Shown one piece after another: positions 38,409-47,974 of a stretch of 64,000 nucleotides of DNA. Origin of the DNA: Polyangiaceae bacterium (GTDB lineage Bacteria; Myxococcota_A; Polyangia; Polyangiales; Polyangiaceae); assembly GCA_965222375.1 (NCBI GenBank), contig CBDCTZ010000015.1:224001-288000 (forward strand), written 5' to 3'. The translations under genes were made by a program, and so were the position numbers. The notes under the pieces are model-generated. The model ran no database searches. It had not been told where the DNA came from and saw nothing but the letters and a program-made list of their open reading frames with translations. Positions within the stretch are counted from its first letter, which is position 1, and every line of letters begins with the position of its first letter.

Positions 38409-39815
38409 ATGTCCCCGCTGCGACGTCTACTCCACTTCCTCCGTCTCGCACTGTCGAGCCACGACCACGACTTTACCCGTGGGAGTCTGGTGCGAGGAGT
38501 GCTCCTGCTGGCGGTGCCCATGGTGCTCGAGCCAATGATGGAGTCCTTCTTCATGTTGGCGGACGCATTCTTCGTTGGCCGGCTCGGACCGGACGCCGTC
38601 GCCGTGCTGGGCCTGACCGAGGCCCTGGTGGTGCTCGTATTCACCGTGGGCATGGGGCTGGGCATTCCCGCGACCGCCATGGTTGCGCAACGCGTGGGGC
38701 GCAAAGACGACGAAGGCGCGGCTCGTGCGGCAGCGCAGGCGAATTGGATCGCACTTTCGGTCGCGTTGCCAATCGCCCTGCTGGGCGGCGTGTTCGCGGA
38801 GGAGGCTCTGGGCATGATGGGGGCGAGCGCCGAGGTCAGGGCCATGGGTACGCCCTACGCGCAGATCACGTTGGCATCGGCGCCAATCATCGTGCTGTTG
38901 TTCGTCAACGCGGCGGTGCTGCGCGGCTCCGGCGATGCTGCTTCGGCGCTCTGGGCTTTGTGGATCGCCAATGGCCTGAACATCATCCTCGACCCACTGT
39001 TCATCTTTGGTCTTGGCCCCGTGCCCGGGATGGGAGTCACTGGCGCTGCCGTGGCGACCCTGCTCGGCCGCAGCTTGGGCGTCGTGTATTTGTTGTGGCG
39101 ACTGACGCGCGGTTCGCCTCGTGTGCGCGTCGCCCTCCGTCACTTCCAGATCCGCCCCGAGCTCTTGCGCGAGCTGAGCCGCCTCGCTGTCGGCGGCTTG
39201 GGGCAGCTCATCGTGGAAACCAGTAGTTGGGTGTTGCTCACGCGCATCGTCGCACTCAGTGGCAGTGTCGCGGTCGCGGGCTACACCATCGCGCTGCGCA
39301 TTCTGTTGTTCGCGTTGCTCCCGGCCTGGGGGCTGAGCGGAGCCGCGGCGACCCTGGTGGGGCAAAACCTGGGTGCGGGCCACGTGCCGCGCGCGCGGCG
39401 TGCAGTGCGCGTGACAGGCTTCGCCAACGCAGTGTTCTTGGGCGTGGTGACCATCGCCTGCGTGCTCGCGCCCGAGCCGATGATGGCTGCCTTCACGGAC
39501 GACCCCGAGGCGATCCGCTTTGGGGCCGATGGCGTCCTGGTCGTCGGGCTCGGTTACATCTTCTACGCATGGGGCATGGTGCTGACTCAAGCGCTCAATG
39601 GTGCCGGCGATACGCGCACTCCGTTCTTCCTGAACCTGGTTTGCTTTTGGGCGTTCAAGATCCCTTTGGCCTACTACCTGTCGACCCAGGTGGAAGCCAC
39701 GCGAGGGCCCCTCGGCGTCTTCATCGCGATCGCCCTCGCCTACTCACTCAATGCCGTTCTTGCTGGCGTGGCCTTCCGGCGCGCCACCTGGGGCGCAGCG
39801 CCCGAATCAGCTTAG
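38409..39815 (+). CDS. MATE-family efflux transporter
   Basis: LAVPMV..DAFFVGRLG, LRGSGDA, NIILDPLFIFG, LVGQNLGAG, NGAGDT. Confidence 0.92.
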   Translation: MSPLRRLLHFLRLALSSHDHDFTRGSLVRGVLLLAVPMVLEPMMESFFMLADAFFVGRLGPDAVAVLGLTEALVVLVFTVGMGLGIPATAMVAQRVGRKDDEGAARAAAQANWIALSVALPIALLGGVFAEEALGMMGASAEVRAMGTPYAQITLASAPIIVLLFVNAAVLRGSGDAASALWALWIANGLNIILDPLFIFGLGPVPGMGVTGAAVATLLGRSLGVVYLLWRLTRGSPRVRVALRHFQIRPELLRELSRLAVGGLGQLIVETSSWVLLTRIVALSGSVAVAGYTIALRILLFALLPAWGLSGAAATLVGQNLGAGHVPRARRAVRVTGFANAVFLGVVTIACVLAPEPMMAAFTDDPEAIRFGADGVLVVGLGYIFYAWGMVLTQALNGAGDTRTPFFLNLVCFWAFKIPLAYYLSTQVEATRGPLGVFIAIALAYSLNAVLAGVAFRRATWGAAPESA

Positions 39816-41138
39816 ACGCATGCGCATGCCATGGCGCGGCGTAAGGGTTATCCGCGGCAAGGGCTGGACTTTCTGACCCGGCGCGACTCGGGCGCTAAAG
39901 CGCTGCGCCAAGGTGGCGAGAATGATCTTCGCCTCGATCATCGCGAACACTTTGCCGATGCAGGCGCGCGGCCCGGCTCCGAAAGGTAGGTACGCTCCCT
40001 TGCGCTGCCTGGCCTTGGCATCTGGGGCAAAGCGTTCGGGCTTGAAGGCGTCCGGCAGCGGGAACCAACGCGGGTCGTGATGCGCCCAGTAGATCCACAG
40101 CGCTAGCTCGGTGCCTGCCGCAACCGCCCGGCCCCCCACTTCGGTATCCTTCTCGGCGCGACGCGCCACCATGTATACGGGCGGGTACAACCGCATCGCC
40201 TCCTCGAGCACTTGCTCCGTGTAGGTGAGTCGCTCGAGGTCTTCGTAACTCGGCGCGCGACCGGACAGCTCCCGCGAAAGCTCTGCGTGCAGCTTGGATT
40301 CGACCTCGGGGTGTTCGGCCAGCAAGTACCAAGTCCAAGTCAACGCCTGAGACGTCGTTTCATGCCCGGCCAAGAACATCGTGACCAGTTGATCCCGCAC
40401 CTCTGTTTCTGTCAGCCCGGAGCCATCGCCTTCTTCGTCCACGGCGGCGAGCAACCGCGCGAGCAAGTCCGCCCGCGCCTGCGCCAGCTCTGCTTTGCGC
40501 TCTCGGATCATGCGATAGATGATGGCGTCGAGGCTTTGCACCGCCTCCTGCAGCGCCTTGCGCCCAGGTACGGGTAGCCAGGACGGCAACACGTCCGGCC
40601 GGGCAATGGAGTCCTGAAACGCACACATGGCGCGCGCAACATCGGCACGGTCCAAACTAGAATCGTGGCTGAACAGAGTTTGGCACACGATGTCCAGCGT
40701 CAGCCCCATCATGGCATCGCTCATATCGATCTGTCGCGGCGGCTCGAGCTCACGCGCGACCCGTTCTGCTTCGGCCCGCATGACGTCGGCGTATTCGATC
40801 AAGCGAGGACGTTGGAACGCCGGTTGAATCATGCGTCGGTGTCGCCGCCACACCTCGCCGTCCGAATTGAGCAGCCCGTTGCCCAGAACACGACCCAATT
40901 GCTCAAAGGCGGTGTGCTGCTTGGAAAAATGCGCGGCTTTGTCGACAAGCACCTCGTACAGGTGGTCCGGGTGTCGCAGGACCAACAGCCCATCACCATG
41001 GGCCACGTAGTACATGTCCCCGAAGCGCTGGAAGCGACTGCCGACGAAGCCCAGTGGGCGGCGTGCAAAGCCAACCAAAGTTTTGATGCGCCCGAGAGTG
41101 CCGGGTTTGGGGCCGGGCACTGGCCCTGATGCGTGCAT
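39807..41138 (-). CDS. Cytochrome P450
   Basis: AGHETT, EAMRLYPP (ExxR), PERF, FGAGPRACIG heme motif. Confidence 0.95.
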   Translation of the reverse strand: MHASGPVPGPKPGTLGRIKTLVGFARRPLGFVGSRFQRFGDMYYVAHGDGLLVLRHPDHLYEVLVDKAAHFSKQHTAFEQLGRVLGNGLLNSDGEVWRRHRRMIQPAFQRPRLIEYADVMRAEAERVARELEPPRQIDMSDAMMGLTLDIVCQTLFSHDSSLDRADVARAMCAFQDSIARPDVLPSWLPVPGRKALQEAVQSLDAIIYRMIRERKAELAQARADLLARLLAAVDEEGDGSGLTETEVRDQLVTMFLAGHETTSQALTWTWYLLAEHPEVESKLHAELSRELSGRAPSYEDLERLTYTEQVLEEAMRLYPPVYMVARRAEKDTEVGGRAVAAGTELALWIYWAHHDPRWFPLPDAFKPERFAPDAKARQRKGAYLPFGAGPRACIGKVFAMIEAKIILATLAQRFSARVAPGQKVQPLPRITLTPRHGMRMRLS

Positions 41139-41659
41139 CAAGGTTTCGGGCCGCACTTGCCAGCGATGCAATCAGGGTCCGCGGGGATCGCGGCACAGCA
41201 GCCGCAACCGCTCACGCAGTTCGAGAGGGAGGCATTCAGTGAAGTCCACTTGGCCTTGTCATGAGTCGACTTCAGATACACCACGCAGCAGTCTTCTTGT
41301 GCCTGCCAGCACTGCGCCGTCGCCGTCACGCAGTCCGACGGCGACGAGCAATCCTTGTTCGCCGCGATGAAGTCGCCCATTTCCTTTTCAATGGAGGAGC
41401 AATTCGGCGCCCCCGCGCTTCCGCCGGTACTGCCAGCACTTCCGCCGCTGCTTCCGGCGCTACCTCCCGTCGCGCCACCAGCGCCGCCGCTCGCTCCAGC
41501 GCTTCCACCGCTGGCTCCGGCACTTCCGCTAGCGCCGCCACCTGTTCCACCCTCGGAGCCACCAGTTCCGCCGCCGTCCGAGTCAGTTTCTCCGCAGCCC
41601 GCGACGGCCAGGGGAACGGAGGACAAGAGGCACAGTGTGACTGCTTTGGCGATGCTCAT
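41138..41659 (-). CDS. Small Gly-rich/Cys-rich lipoprotein
   Basis: VAGC lipobox; GGS linker; Cys-rich tail; stop overlaps the P450 start. Confidence 0.7.
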   Translation of the reverse strand: MSIAKAVTLCLLSSVPLAVAGCGETDSDGGGTGGSEGGTGGGASGSAGASGGSAGASGGAGGATGGSAGSSGGSAGSTGGSAGAPNCSSIEKEMGDFIAANKDCSSPSDCVTATAQCWQAQEDCCVVYLKSTHDKAKWTSLNASLSNCVSGCGCCAAIPADPDCIAGKCGPKP

Positions 41660-41829
41660 GGCCAGAGCCTACCGCGAGCCTAGAGGACATTCCATGCCGC
41701 AGGCCTGCGCTTGGTCATGGCGCTGGGGTGTTCCGGATGCTGGTTTGGGTCGAGGGACGCGCTTCGCGATACCCAACGGGAGTGCAGTCTCACCCTGGCA
41801 CTCGAAGGTGCGCATCCCGCCCTGGGCGC

Positions 41830-43104
41830 TCAGAGTCGCCCCGAGAAGTCCGAGATGTGGCCAGCGTAGCCTATGGTCACGATGTAGGCCCGCGCGCCCA
41901 TGAGCTCTCGGTACTCGAAGCCTAGCTCGAAGCCATCGCGGGCTTCGCTATAACCGCCTTCTCGGTCACGATTCGCAACCACGACGTGCAGAGCGCCGGA
42001 AAGCTCATCTCCGAAAGGCGCGAGATTAGAGCCCTGCTTCCGCTCATCCGCCGCGACCACCCAACCCTCCCGAAGAGTCAGTTTGGTGGCGATGAGGTGA
42101 GTCAGATCGATGGAGGCGGCGACTTCGATCGGGAACGTGACTCCAAATGGCACCGTGGTTGTGACACCTTCGACGCCAGGGCCACTGCTGACCCCAATGC
42201 CGAACCGTTCACCGATCACGACGCCCAAGCCAATCATGAGCTGGAGCTCGTAGGAAAACCCGCTGCCCCCGCCGAGGGCTGCGTCCACGCCTCCAAAGAT
42301 CCCGATGGGTGTCGCCTCTCCCATCGCGCGCATGCTGAGCGCCGCGTTGACCGCATTCAGATTCTCCGGGAGCTCCCCTGCCTTGTCCGCGTGAACGCCC
42401 TCCAGGCGAAGCGCGCCGTCAAAGTAGTTGCGCAGCTCTCGATAGCGCTTGCGCTTGATTCGTGATGGGTCATGCAAGCTCGCCGGTCCGATGCTCTCGA
42501 GCCACGGAATCGGCAACTCCGTGGGCTGGATTCGCTCAGTCTGGGGAAGCGTCAGATCAATGCGGATGCGCGTGACAGTCGTGCGCTGCTCCAGCTGCCT
42601 GACCAGAATTCGCCGATGTTCAGCTTCTCGCGCAGCGGAGTTGCGGGCGCGCTCCAGAGCCAGACCGTCCTGGACGCCGGTGGCCCGCATGCGCAGCATG
42701 CGCTCGTGGCTTGCGTTTGCCACGCGCCAAGCACCTCGCGCTCGTTCCAGCCGTTGGCTGATGTCACGGGTAGTCACCCGCCGGGAACGGACCTCACCGA
42801 GCCCCCTGATGGCACCAAGGACCGCGTCCACTTCCGCAGGCGGCACGTCCATCTCGACCAGGTTTTCCGAGTCGCGGGCGAGGCGACCGTAACGGCTAGC
42901 GAGCCTGCGCAACTCCGTATGGGCCAACTCGCTACTCTCCGCGAATAACCTGACACGAACCGTGCGTGCCAACGCATGGGTGCTTTCGGCAATCTGCACG
43001 GGCTCCGCCTTCGACGTGCTGCTCCATCCCAGCAACGCAGCCAGCAAGAAGAGGAATCGCCCACAGGTCACCCTCCGTTCGTAGCATGAAAAGCACCGAG
43101 TCAT
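41830..43104 (-). CDS. Secreted protein, DUF4349-like N domain + beta-strand-rich C domain
   Basis: Signal peptide; VPPAEVDAVL..LGEV..RDIS plus coiled coil; alternating Gly/hydrophobic strands at the C-terminus. Confidence 0.5.
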   Translation of the reverse strand: MTRCFSCYERRVTCGRFLFLLAALLGWSSTSKAEPVQIAESTHALARTVRVRLFAESSELAHTELRRLASRYGRLARDSENLVEMDVPPAEVDAVLGAIRGLGEVRSRRVTTRDISQRLERARGAWRVANASHERMLRMRATGVQDGLALERARNSAAREAEHRRILVRQLEQRTTVTRIRIDLTLPQTERIQPTELPIPWLESIGPASLHDPSRIKRKRYRELRNYFDGALRLEGVHADKAGELPENLNAVNAALSMRAMGEATPIGIFGGVDAALGGGSGFSYELQLMIGLGVVIGERFGIGVSSGPGVEGVTTTVPFGVTFPIEVAASIDLTHLIATKLTLREGWVVAADERKQGSNLAPFGDELSGALHVVVANRDREGGYSEARDGFELGFEYRELMGARAYIVTIGYAGHISDFSGRL

Positions 43105-43302
43105 GGTCGTTCCACGTCGCCGGACGCACGCCTGGGAAATGCTAGGCTAACCGCCATGGCGACCCGGTAGTCCCGCGCTCTCGTCGTAGAGGACGACACG
43201 GTTCCTCACACTCTTGAAGACCCGTGTTGGCGGAGGCGGCCGATTGACATCCGCGAACTGTTCGACTCCGCGCGCACTGCTCTAGCGCCCATCTAGAAAA
43301 CC

Positions 43303-44730
43303 ATGAGGAAACGAAACTCGATCAAGCCCAGCAGCCGAGGCCCCTTTGCCGGTTTCCAGTTGGCAACCTTGGCGGCCGTCGCGTCCTTGGGCTGCGGAGA
43401 CTCGGAGGCCGACTCGGCGAAGAAGCCGACGTTTCAACCCACGACTGTCGTGCCGACACCCCGGGCGGAGAACGCTCGCGGCTTCCTAGAACGGCGCGGA
43501 CTGATTCACGCCCACACTGTCTACTCCCACGACGCCTGTGACGGTGAGCCGCGAGACCCAAAAACCGACGCCATAGATGAGGTGTGCCTCGAGGACTTCC
43601 GCCGGGGGGTTTGTCAGACCCAGCATGACTTCGTGATGCTCACCGACCATGGCGAGAGCTTCACGAGAACGGAGTTCCCGGACGTGCTGCTCTACGACAG
43701 CGCCAAAGGTGACAAGCTGATCGAGCGCGGCGGAAGCCCCGTGGCCAATTGGCTCGCATGCCCGGAAGGCGATCCGGCGCTGCTCATGGCCGGCACGGAG
43801 ACCGAAACGATGCCAGTTGGTTTGGAGGGGCACGTCGCAGCGACGGAGGCCGAGCGGGACGTTGTCTACGGCCAGAAGACTCCGGAGGCAATCGAGAAAC
43901 TCAAGGCCGGCGGCGCCGTTTCCTTACTGCAACACACCGAGGACTGGACCGTGGACGAGCTTGCGACGCTCCCCATCGACGGCTTCGAAATGTACAACTT
44001 GCACGCCAATACCTTCGCCGCGGTGGGCGCGGTGTTGGAGCTCGCAGGCAAGATCCCGAGACCGGAAGAACTTCCCCACCCGGACCTTGTCTTCCTGCCT
44101 ATCTGGAACGAAGACCCGGCCTACCTTGAGCGCTGGGGCGGTGCCCTCGCTCGAGGCGTCAAGCGAGTCGGCACCATGGGTACGGACTGCCACCGCAACA
44201 GCGTTCCGGGGATCCTGCCAGACGGCGAGCGCGTCGACAGCTATCGGCGCATGATGGTATGGTTCTCGAACCACTTGCTGGTGAAACCCAATGCCGAGGG
44301 GTCCTTCGACGATCGGAGCTTGAAGGACGCTTTGCGTGCCGGGCGGCTGTATGGGGCCTTCGAGTTCATGGGCTACCCGCACGGCTTCGACTACCACGCT
44401 GAAAGCGCAGGCAGCCTGCACGAGATGGGAGCGGAGTTGAAGCTCTCGGATGGCGTCCGCCTCCTTGCCACGGCACCCAAGGTGCTGGGGCTGTCGAGCG
44501 CAGACAAGCAACCGGAAATCCGTACGGTCGTGTGGCGCGCGAAGGACGGCGGCTGGGACCAAGTTGCTGAGGGCGAGAGCTCCGTGGAGTTTGACGCAGA
44601 CCAACCCGGCGCCTATCGAGTTGAAGTCCGCATGAAGCCCCGGCACCTTGAGCGATTCCTCTCAAGCTATTCGGCTCTGGCCGGCAAAGAGTTCGTGTGG
44701 ATCTACGCGAACCCCATCTACGTGCGTTGA
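43303..44730 (+). CDS. PHP-domain metallohydrolase lipoprotein (CehA/McbA-like)
   Basis: SLGC lipobox; GLIHAHTVYSHD, LTDH, EMYN, GTDCH, YANPIYV. Confidence 0.75.
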   Translation: MRKRNSIKPSSRGPFAGFQLATLAAVASLGCGDSEADSAKKPTFQPTTVVPTPRAENARGFLERRGLIHAHTVYSHDACDGEPRDPKTDAIDEVCLEDFRRGVCQTQHDFVMLTDHGESFTRTEFPDVLLYDSAKGDKLIERGGSPVANWLACPEGDPALLMAGTETETMPVGLEGHVAATEAERDVVYGQKTPEAIEKLKAGGAVSLLQHTEDWTVDELATLPIDGFEMYNLHANTFAAVGAVLELAGKIPRPEELPHPDLVFLPIWNEDPAYLERWGGALARGVKRVGTMGTDCHRNSVPGILPDGERVDSYRRMMVWFSNHLLVKPNAEGSFDDRSLKDALRAGRLYGAFEFMGYPHGFDYHAESAGSLHEMGAELKLSDGVRLLATAPKVLGLSSADKQPEIRTVVWRAKDGGWDQVAEGESSVEFDADQPGAYRVEVRMKPRHLERFLSSYSALAGKEFVWIYANPIYVR

Positions 44731-44754
44731 GCACGAGGGTTCGGTGCGTGCAGC

Positions 44755-45180
44755 ATGAGTGACGACCTGTTGATCCGCCCAGGCGTATGTATTCCGGCGC
44801 GAGACTTGAGCGTTCGGGCTGTGCGCGCCTCGGGGCCGGGCGGGCAGAACGTGAACAAGGTCAGCTCGAAGGTGGAGTTGCGCTTCGACCTTCAGGGCAA
44901 CACTAGCCTACGGCCTGAAGTGCGGGCGCGTCTGAAGCGCCAGAACCCTGGCCGAGTTGCGTCCGATGGCGCCCTGCTGATCACCTGTCAGGCAACTCGT
45001 AGCCAGCAGCAGAACTTGGAAGAAGCTCGCGGAATTCTCAGCGCGCTGGTGCTGATGGCGCTCGTTGTGCCCAAGAAGCGGCGACCCACGAAGCCGTCCC
45101 GGGCGGCGAAGGCGCGCCGGCTGGATGCCAAGCGCAAGCACAGCGACAAGAAGCGCCAACGCAGTAGCAAGGACTACTGA
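44755..45180 (+). CDS. arfB: Alternative ribosome rescue peptidyl-tRNA hydrolase ArfB
   Basis: RASGPGGQNVNKVSSKVELRF, RSQQQN and basic tail RRPTKPS..RRLDAK. Confidence 0.93.
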   Translation: MSDDLLIRPGVCIPARDLSVRAVRASGPGGQNVNKVSSKVELRFDLQGNTSLRPEVRARLKRQNPGRVASDGALLITCQATRSQQQNLEEARGILSALVLMALVVPKKRRPTKPSRAAKARRLDAKRKHSDKKRQRSSKDY

Positions 45181-45345
45181 CGCGCTGCGGTGAAATCCGG
45201 CGGCGCAGCGGTCGGAGCACCGGCACCGTCCCGGACTGCGGCAAGTCCTCTAGCTACGCCTACTGCACGCCACGCGCAGGGTGTAGCCGAACCGCTATCA
45301 GCAGGGCTCAGGAGTGCCGCTAGCTCCCTGAGCACTGAGCGCCAC

Positions 45346-46068
45346 TCACGACGCAAGCGGCGCGTGGCGCTCGACGCGGCGCATGCAGTGCACGCAGCGT
45401 GACGCTTCCGGGTGGATCCCACCGCCACAGTGGGGACAGGGCACACGCTGGGGCGGGAACTCTTCGTCTCGGGCTCGGTGTTGGGGCTCGGGTTCGAGCT
45501 TCGCCTCTGCGATCGCTTCAGGCGAGTTCGAGTCCGCATCCGTGTAGTTGACCTCGGTCTCCGCCACGGCCTCGCCAGCGGTGACGTTGCTAGCGACCGA
45601 GTGCATGGTGCCGGCTGCTTCCGCCACCCTGGGTTCGGGGATGGTGCTGGTGGCCGAAGCGGAGCGGGCGGCTCGCTGGCGCCCGCCTTCAGGAGGAACG
45701 GTCTCCTCGGCCGCAGCACTGACGTCGAGGGTTTGAGAGGGAGCAGCAACGGCGACCTGAGCCGCGCGACGCGCCTTCTTGGGGCGTGACAGCGCGTCTA
45801 GCTTGTCCTCGATGTCCAACACCGAAGGCAAGAACCGGCTCACTGCAGCGTGAAATACACCGCTGTCCCAGACCAGGGCGCCGAGGACCAGCACTGCCAT
45901 CGAAATCAAAGTGAAGCCCACGCGGTCACTCGAGCGACGCAGGCTGAGCGAAATCAACACGCCAATCATCGAGCCCACCATCACCATGATGCCAATGGCG
46001 CGGACGATCACGCTGGAGGTGCCCAGCTTGCGGGCAAAACGGAGCCGTACGTCGTTTGGATCAATCAT
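45346..46068 (-). CDS. Two-TM membrane protein with C-terminal zinc ribbon
   Basis: Two hydrophobic helices; CPHC...CVHC. Confidence 0.6.
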   Translation of the reverse strand: MIDPNDVRLRFARKLGTSSVIVRAIGIMVMVGSMIGVLISLSLRRSSDRVGFTLISMAVLVLGALVWDSGVFHAAVSRFLPSVLDIEDKLDALSRPKKARRAAQVAVAAPSQTLDVSAAAEETVPPEGGRQRAARSASATSTIPEPRVAEAAGTMHSVASNVTAGEAVAETEVNYTDADSNSPEAIAEAKLEPEPQHRARDEEFPPQRVPCPHCGGGIHPEASRCVHCMRRVERHAPLAS

Positions 46069-46184
46069 GACACGCAAGTACAGCCTATCGCCGAGTGGCG
46101 CGCGCGAACAACTGGGCGCGAAGGGCCGCAGCTTTGTGCTGTCTGAACGCACTTTGAGAACGACTCCGGGGCAGCACGATGGTG

Positions 46185-46385
46185 CGCGCAGACCTCTATT
46201 CCGTGGGCGCCATCGCCTTTGGCTTTTGACCGGGCGTGTGCCGATTTGGGCGCCGACCGCAGAAGCACTGCCAACCCTGAAATTGATGCGCCCGGCGCCA
46301 CGTTTGTTCGGCCATTGCGAAGGTCCAGTGTCCAATGAACTAGACGGCTGGGTGGCCGGCATGCTTTCCGCGGATCCAGCACCCG
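46185..46385 (+). pseudogene. Remnant of a Ser/Thr kinase C-lobe
   Basis: RADLYSVGAIAF, then a -1 shift to WLLTGRVP...PAPRL...ELDGWVAGMLSADP (subdomains IX-XI); no N-lobe upstream. Confidence 0.65.
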
Positions 46386-46542
46386 GAATCAGCTGCCACC
46401 GCGCGCGCCGAGTTGCCTACTTGCTAGGTCGTCGACGCACGCGGTGGAATGCCACAGCAAGGCCAACACGCGCAGCAAGTAGGCAATGCCCTCGTTCGGT
46501 GCTTTTCAGCAGCAGGGGCAGGATTAGACGTATGCTGCGCCG

Positions 46543-47349
46543 ATGGGACCCCAAGCCAACACGCTAATAGTCGTCCTTGCAGCGCTCGGGCTCTGCCTGA
46601 AGGTCAGCATAGCCCGCGCCGACGCGGTGCCACCTCCGCCGAAGAGCTGTCCCAAAGGGCATGTCGGCACCACGAGTCACGGCGGCCCGAAATGCGTGCT
46701 GGAGGCTCCCAAGAATTGCGCTCCAGGCTACCGCGGTGCCTTGGGCGGCAAGTGTGTCCTGGCGACGTGCTCTTCTGACGAGCAGTGCAAGGACGGGCGA
46801 CGCTGCCTCTCGGTCGACACTTGTCAGGAGTTCCGTGAGCTTCATTGGAGTGGTTGGGGGTGGGTGTCGCAACGTCCGGTCTCGCGAGACAACTTCCTCG
46901 CCGGACCGCCACGCCCTCGACCTGATGGTCCCGCCAAGAAGGCTTGGGTGAGTCTGAGCATCTGCGGCCAGGACGGGCCCTGTAAGGCCCCCGCCGAGTG
47001 CCGTCCCGAATCGCTGTGCTATCCGCCTAGTGCGATCGGAAAGACCAAGGCGAAGGTGGCAACCAGCGGCGTCCCGGAGGGTCCAGCAACACCCGACAGC
47101 AGTGCGTCGTCCGACACCACAGGAGCCGGCGGCGCCGTTACGGTGGGCGATGTCACGAATGGCGCCGGTCGGAGCAAACCCGGTGGCCCCGTCCTGGGCA
47201 CACCCACGAGCGATAGCGACGGTGGTTGCCGGAAGGGTTGCTCGGCAGCGTCGGCACCCTCACTGACTGGGTGGGCCGGGATCCCTGTGCTGGCCTGTGT
47301 GGGGTTGTTGCGCCGGAGGCGGCGTGCAGCAATCCGATCGCGACGATGA
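46543..47349 (+). CDS. Secreted Cys-rich protein with MYXO-CTERM-like sorting tail
   Basis: Signal peptide ARA-D; GGCRKGCSAA + hydrophobic segment + RRRRR. Confidence 0.65.
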   Translation: MGPQANTLIVVLAALGLCLKVSIARADAVPPPPKSCPKGHVGTTSHGGPKCVLEAPKNCAPGYRGALGGKCVLATCSSDEQCKDGRRCLSVDTCQEFRELHWSGWGWVSQRPVSRDNFLAGPPRPRPDGPAKKAWVSLSICGQDGPCKAPAECRPESLCYPPSAIGKTKAKVATSGVPEGPATPDSSASSDTTGAGGAVTVGDVTNGAGRSKPGGPVLGTPTSDSDGGCRKGCSAASAPSLTGWAGIPVLACVGLLRRRRRAAIRSRR

Positions 47350-47643
47350 TAATCCGCCATGCACCACCTCGAGGCAGAGAACCTTCGCGTGCGCGCGGTG
47401 CGCAGTGCATCAGCACGGGGTAGCTCGAGAGTAGTGCCCTTGCGGCGCCCCAGGATGCGCCCCCCAGAAGAGACCAAAGACTACGTTGGTTCAACGCGGT
47501 TCGCGGTCGTTGGGGACGATCTCCAACTCGCACTGGCCATCGTTTTCGTAGCGCACGACCCTGGGAAAGAGCCCGTGATACACGTAGTCTCCCGGGCGAC
47601 AGGATGGACCACTTCGACTCGCACAGCCGCTAAACTCCGCCCC

Positions 47644-47964
47644 ATGTCCGACGAAGTGACCTTTCGCGATTTCGCCGCCGCCATCATGCAAAACGATGTG
47701 GACGGCGCGGCAAAGACTCTGCAGCCACTCCTGTCCCTAGACGCTTCGGCAGCCGAGAGTGCAGCGAAGCACTTCCAAACTCAGATGGCGGAGCAGGGAC
47801 AGGGCTTCATGATGAAAGCTATGGGACTGCGCACCGCCGTAACTGAGGGAAGCGACACGGAGGTGGCTCAGCTTCTGGGCGACCTATTCGGCATGACGGA
47901 CGACAGCGCCAACGCGGGAGTGACTGCCCTCCGCGCAAAGTACCCGTCCGGAGCCAAAGAGTAG
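47644..47964 (+). CDS. Hypothetical helical protein (106 aa)
   Basis: MSDEVTFRDFAAAIM...; protein-like composition; ends 10 bp before the carbamoyltransferase. Confidence 0.6.
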   Translation: MSDEVTFRDFAAAIMQNDVDGAAKTLQPLLSLDASAAESAAKHFQTQMAEQGQGFMMKAMGLRTAVTEGSDTEVAQLLGDLFGMTDDSANAGVTALRAKYPSGAKE

Positions 47965-47974
47965 CGCCACGCGG

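Noticed and set aside
47350..47643. Possible gene remnant or N-terminal extension of the 47644 gene
   Set aside because: No recognisable motif in any frame; cannot be supported.
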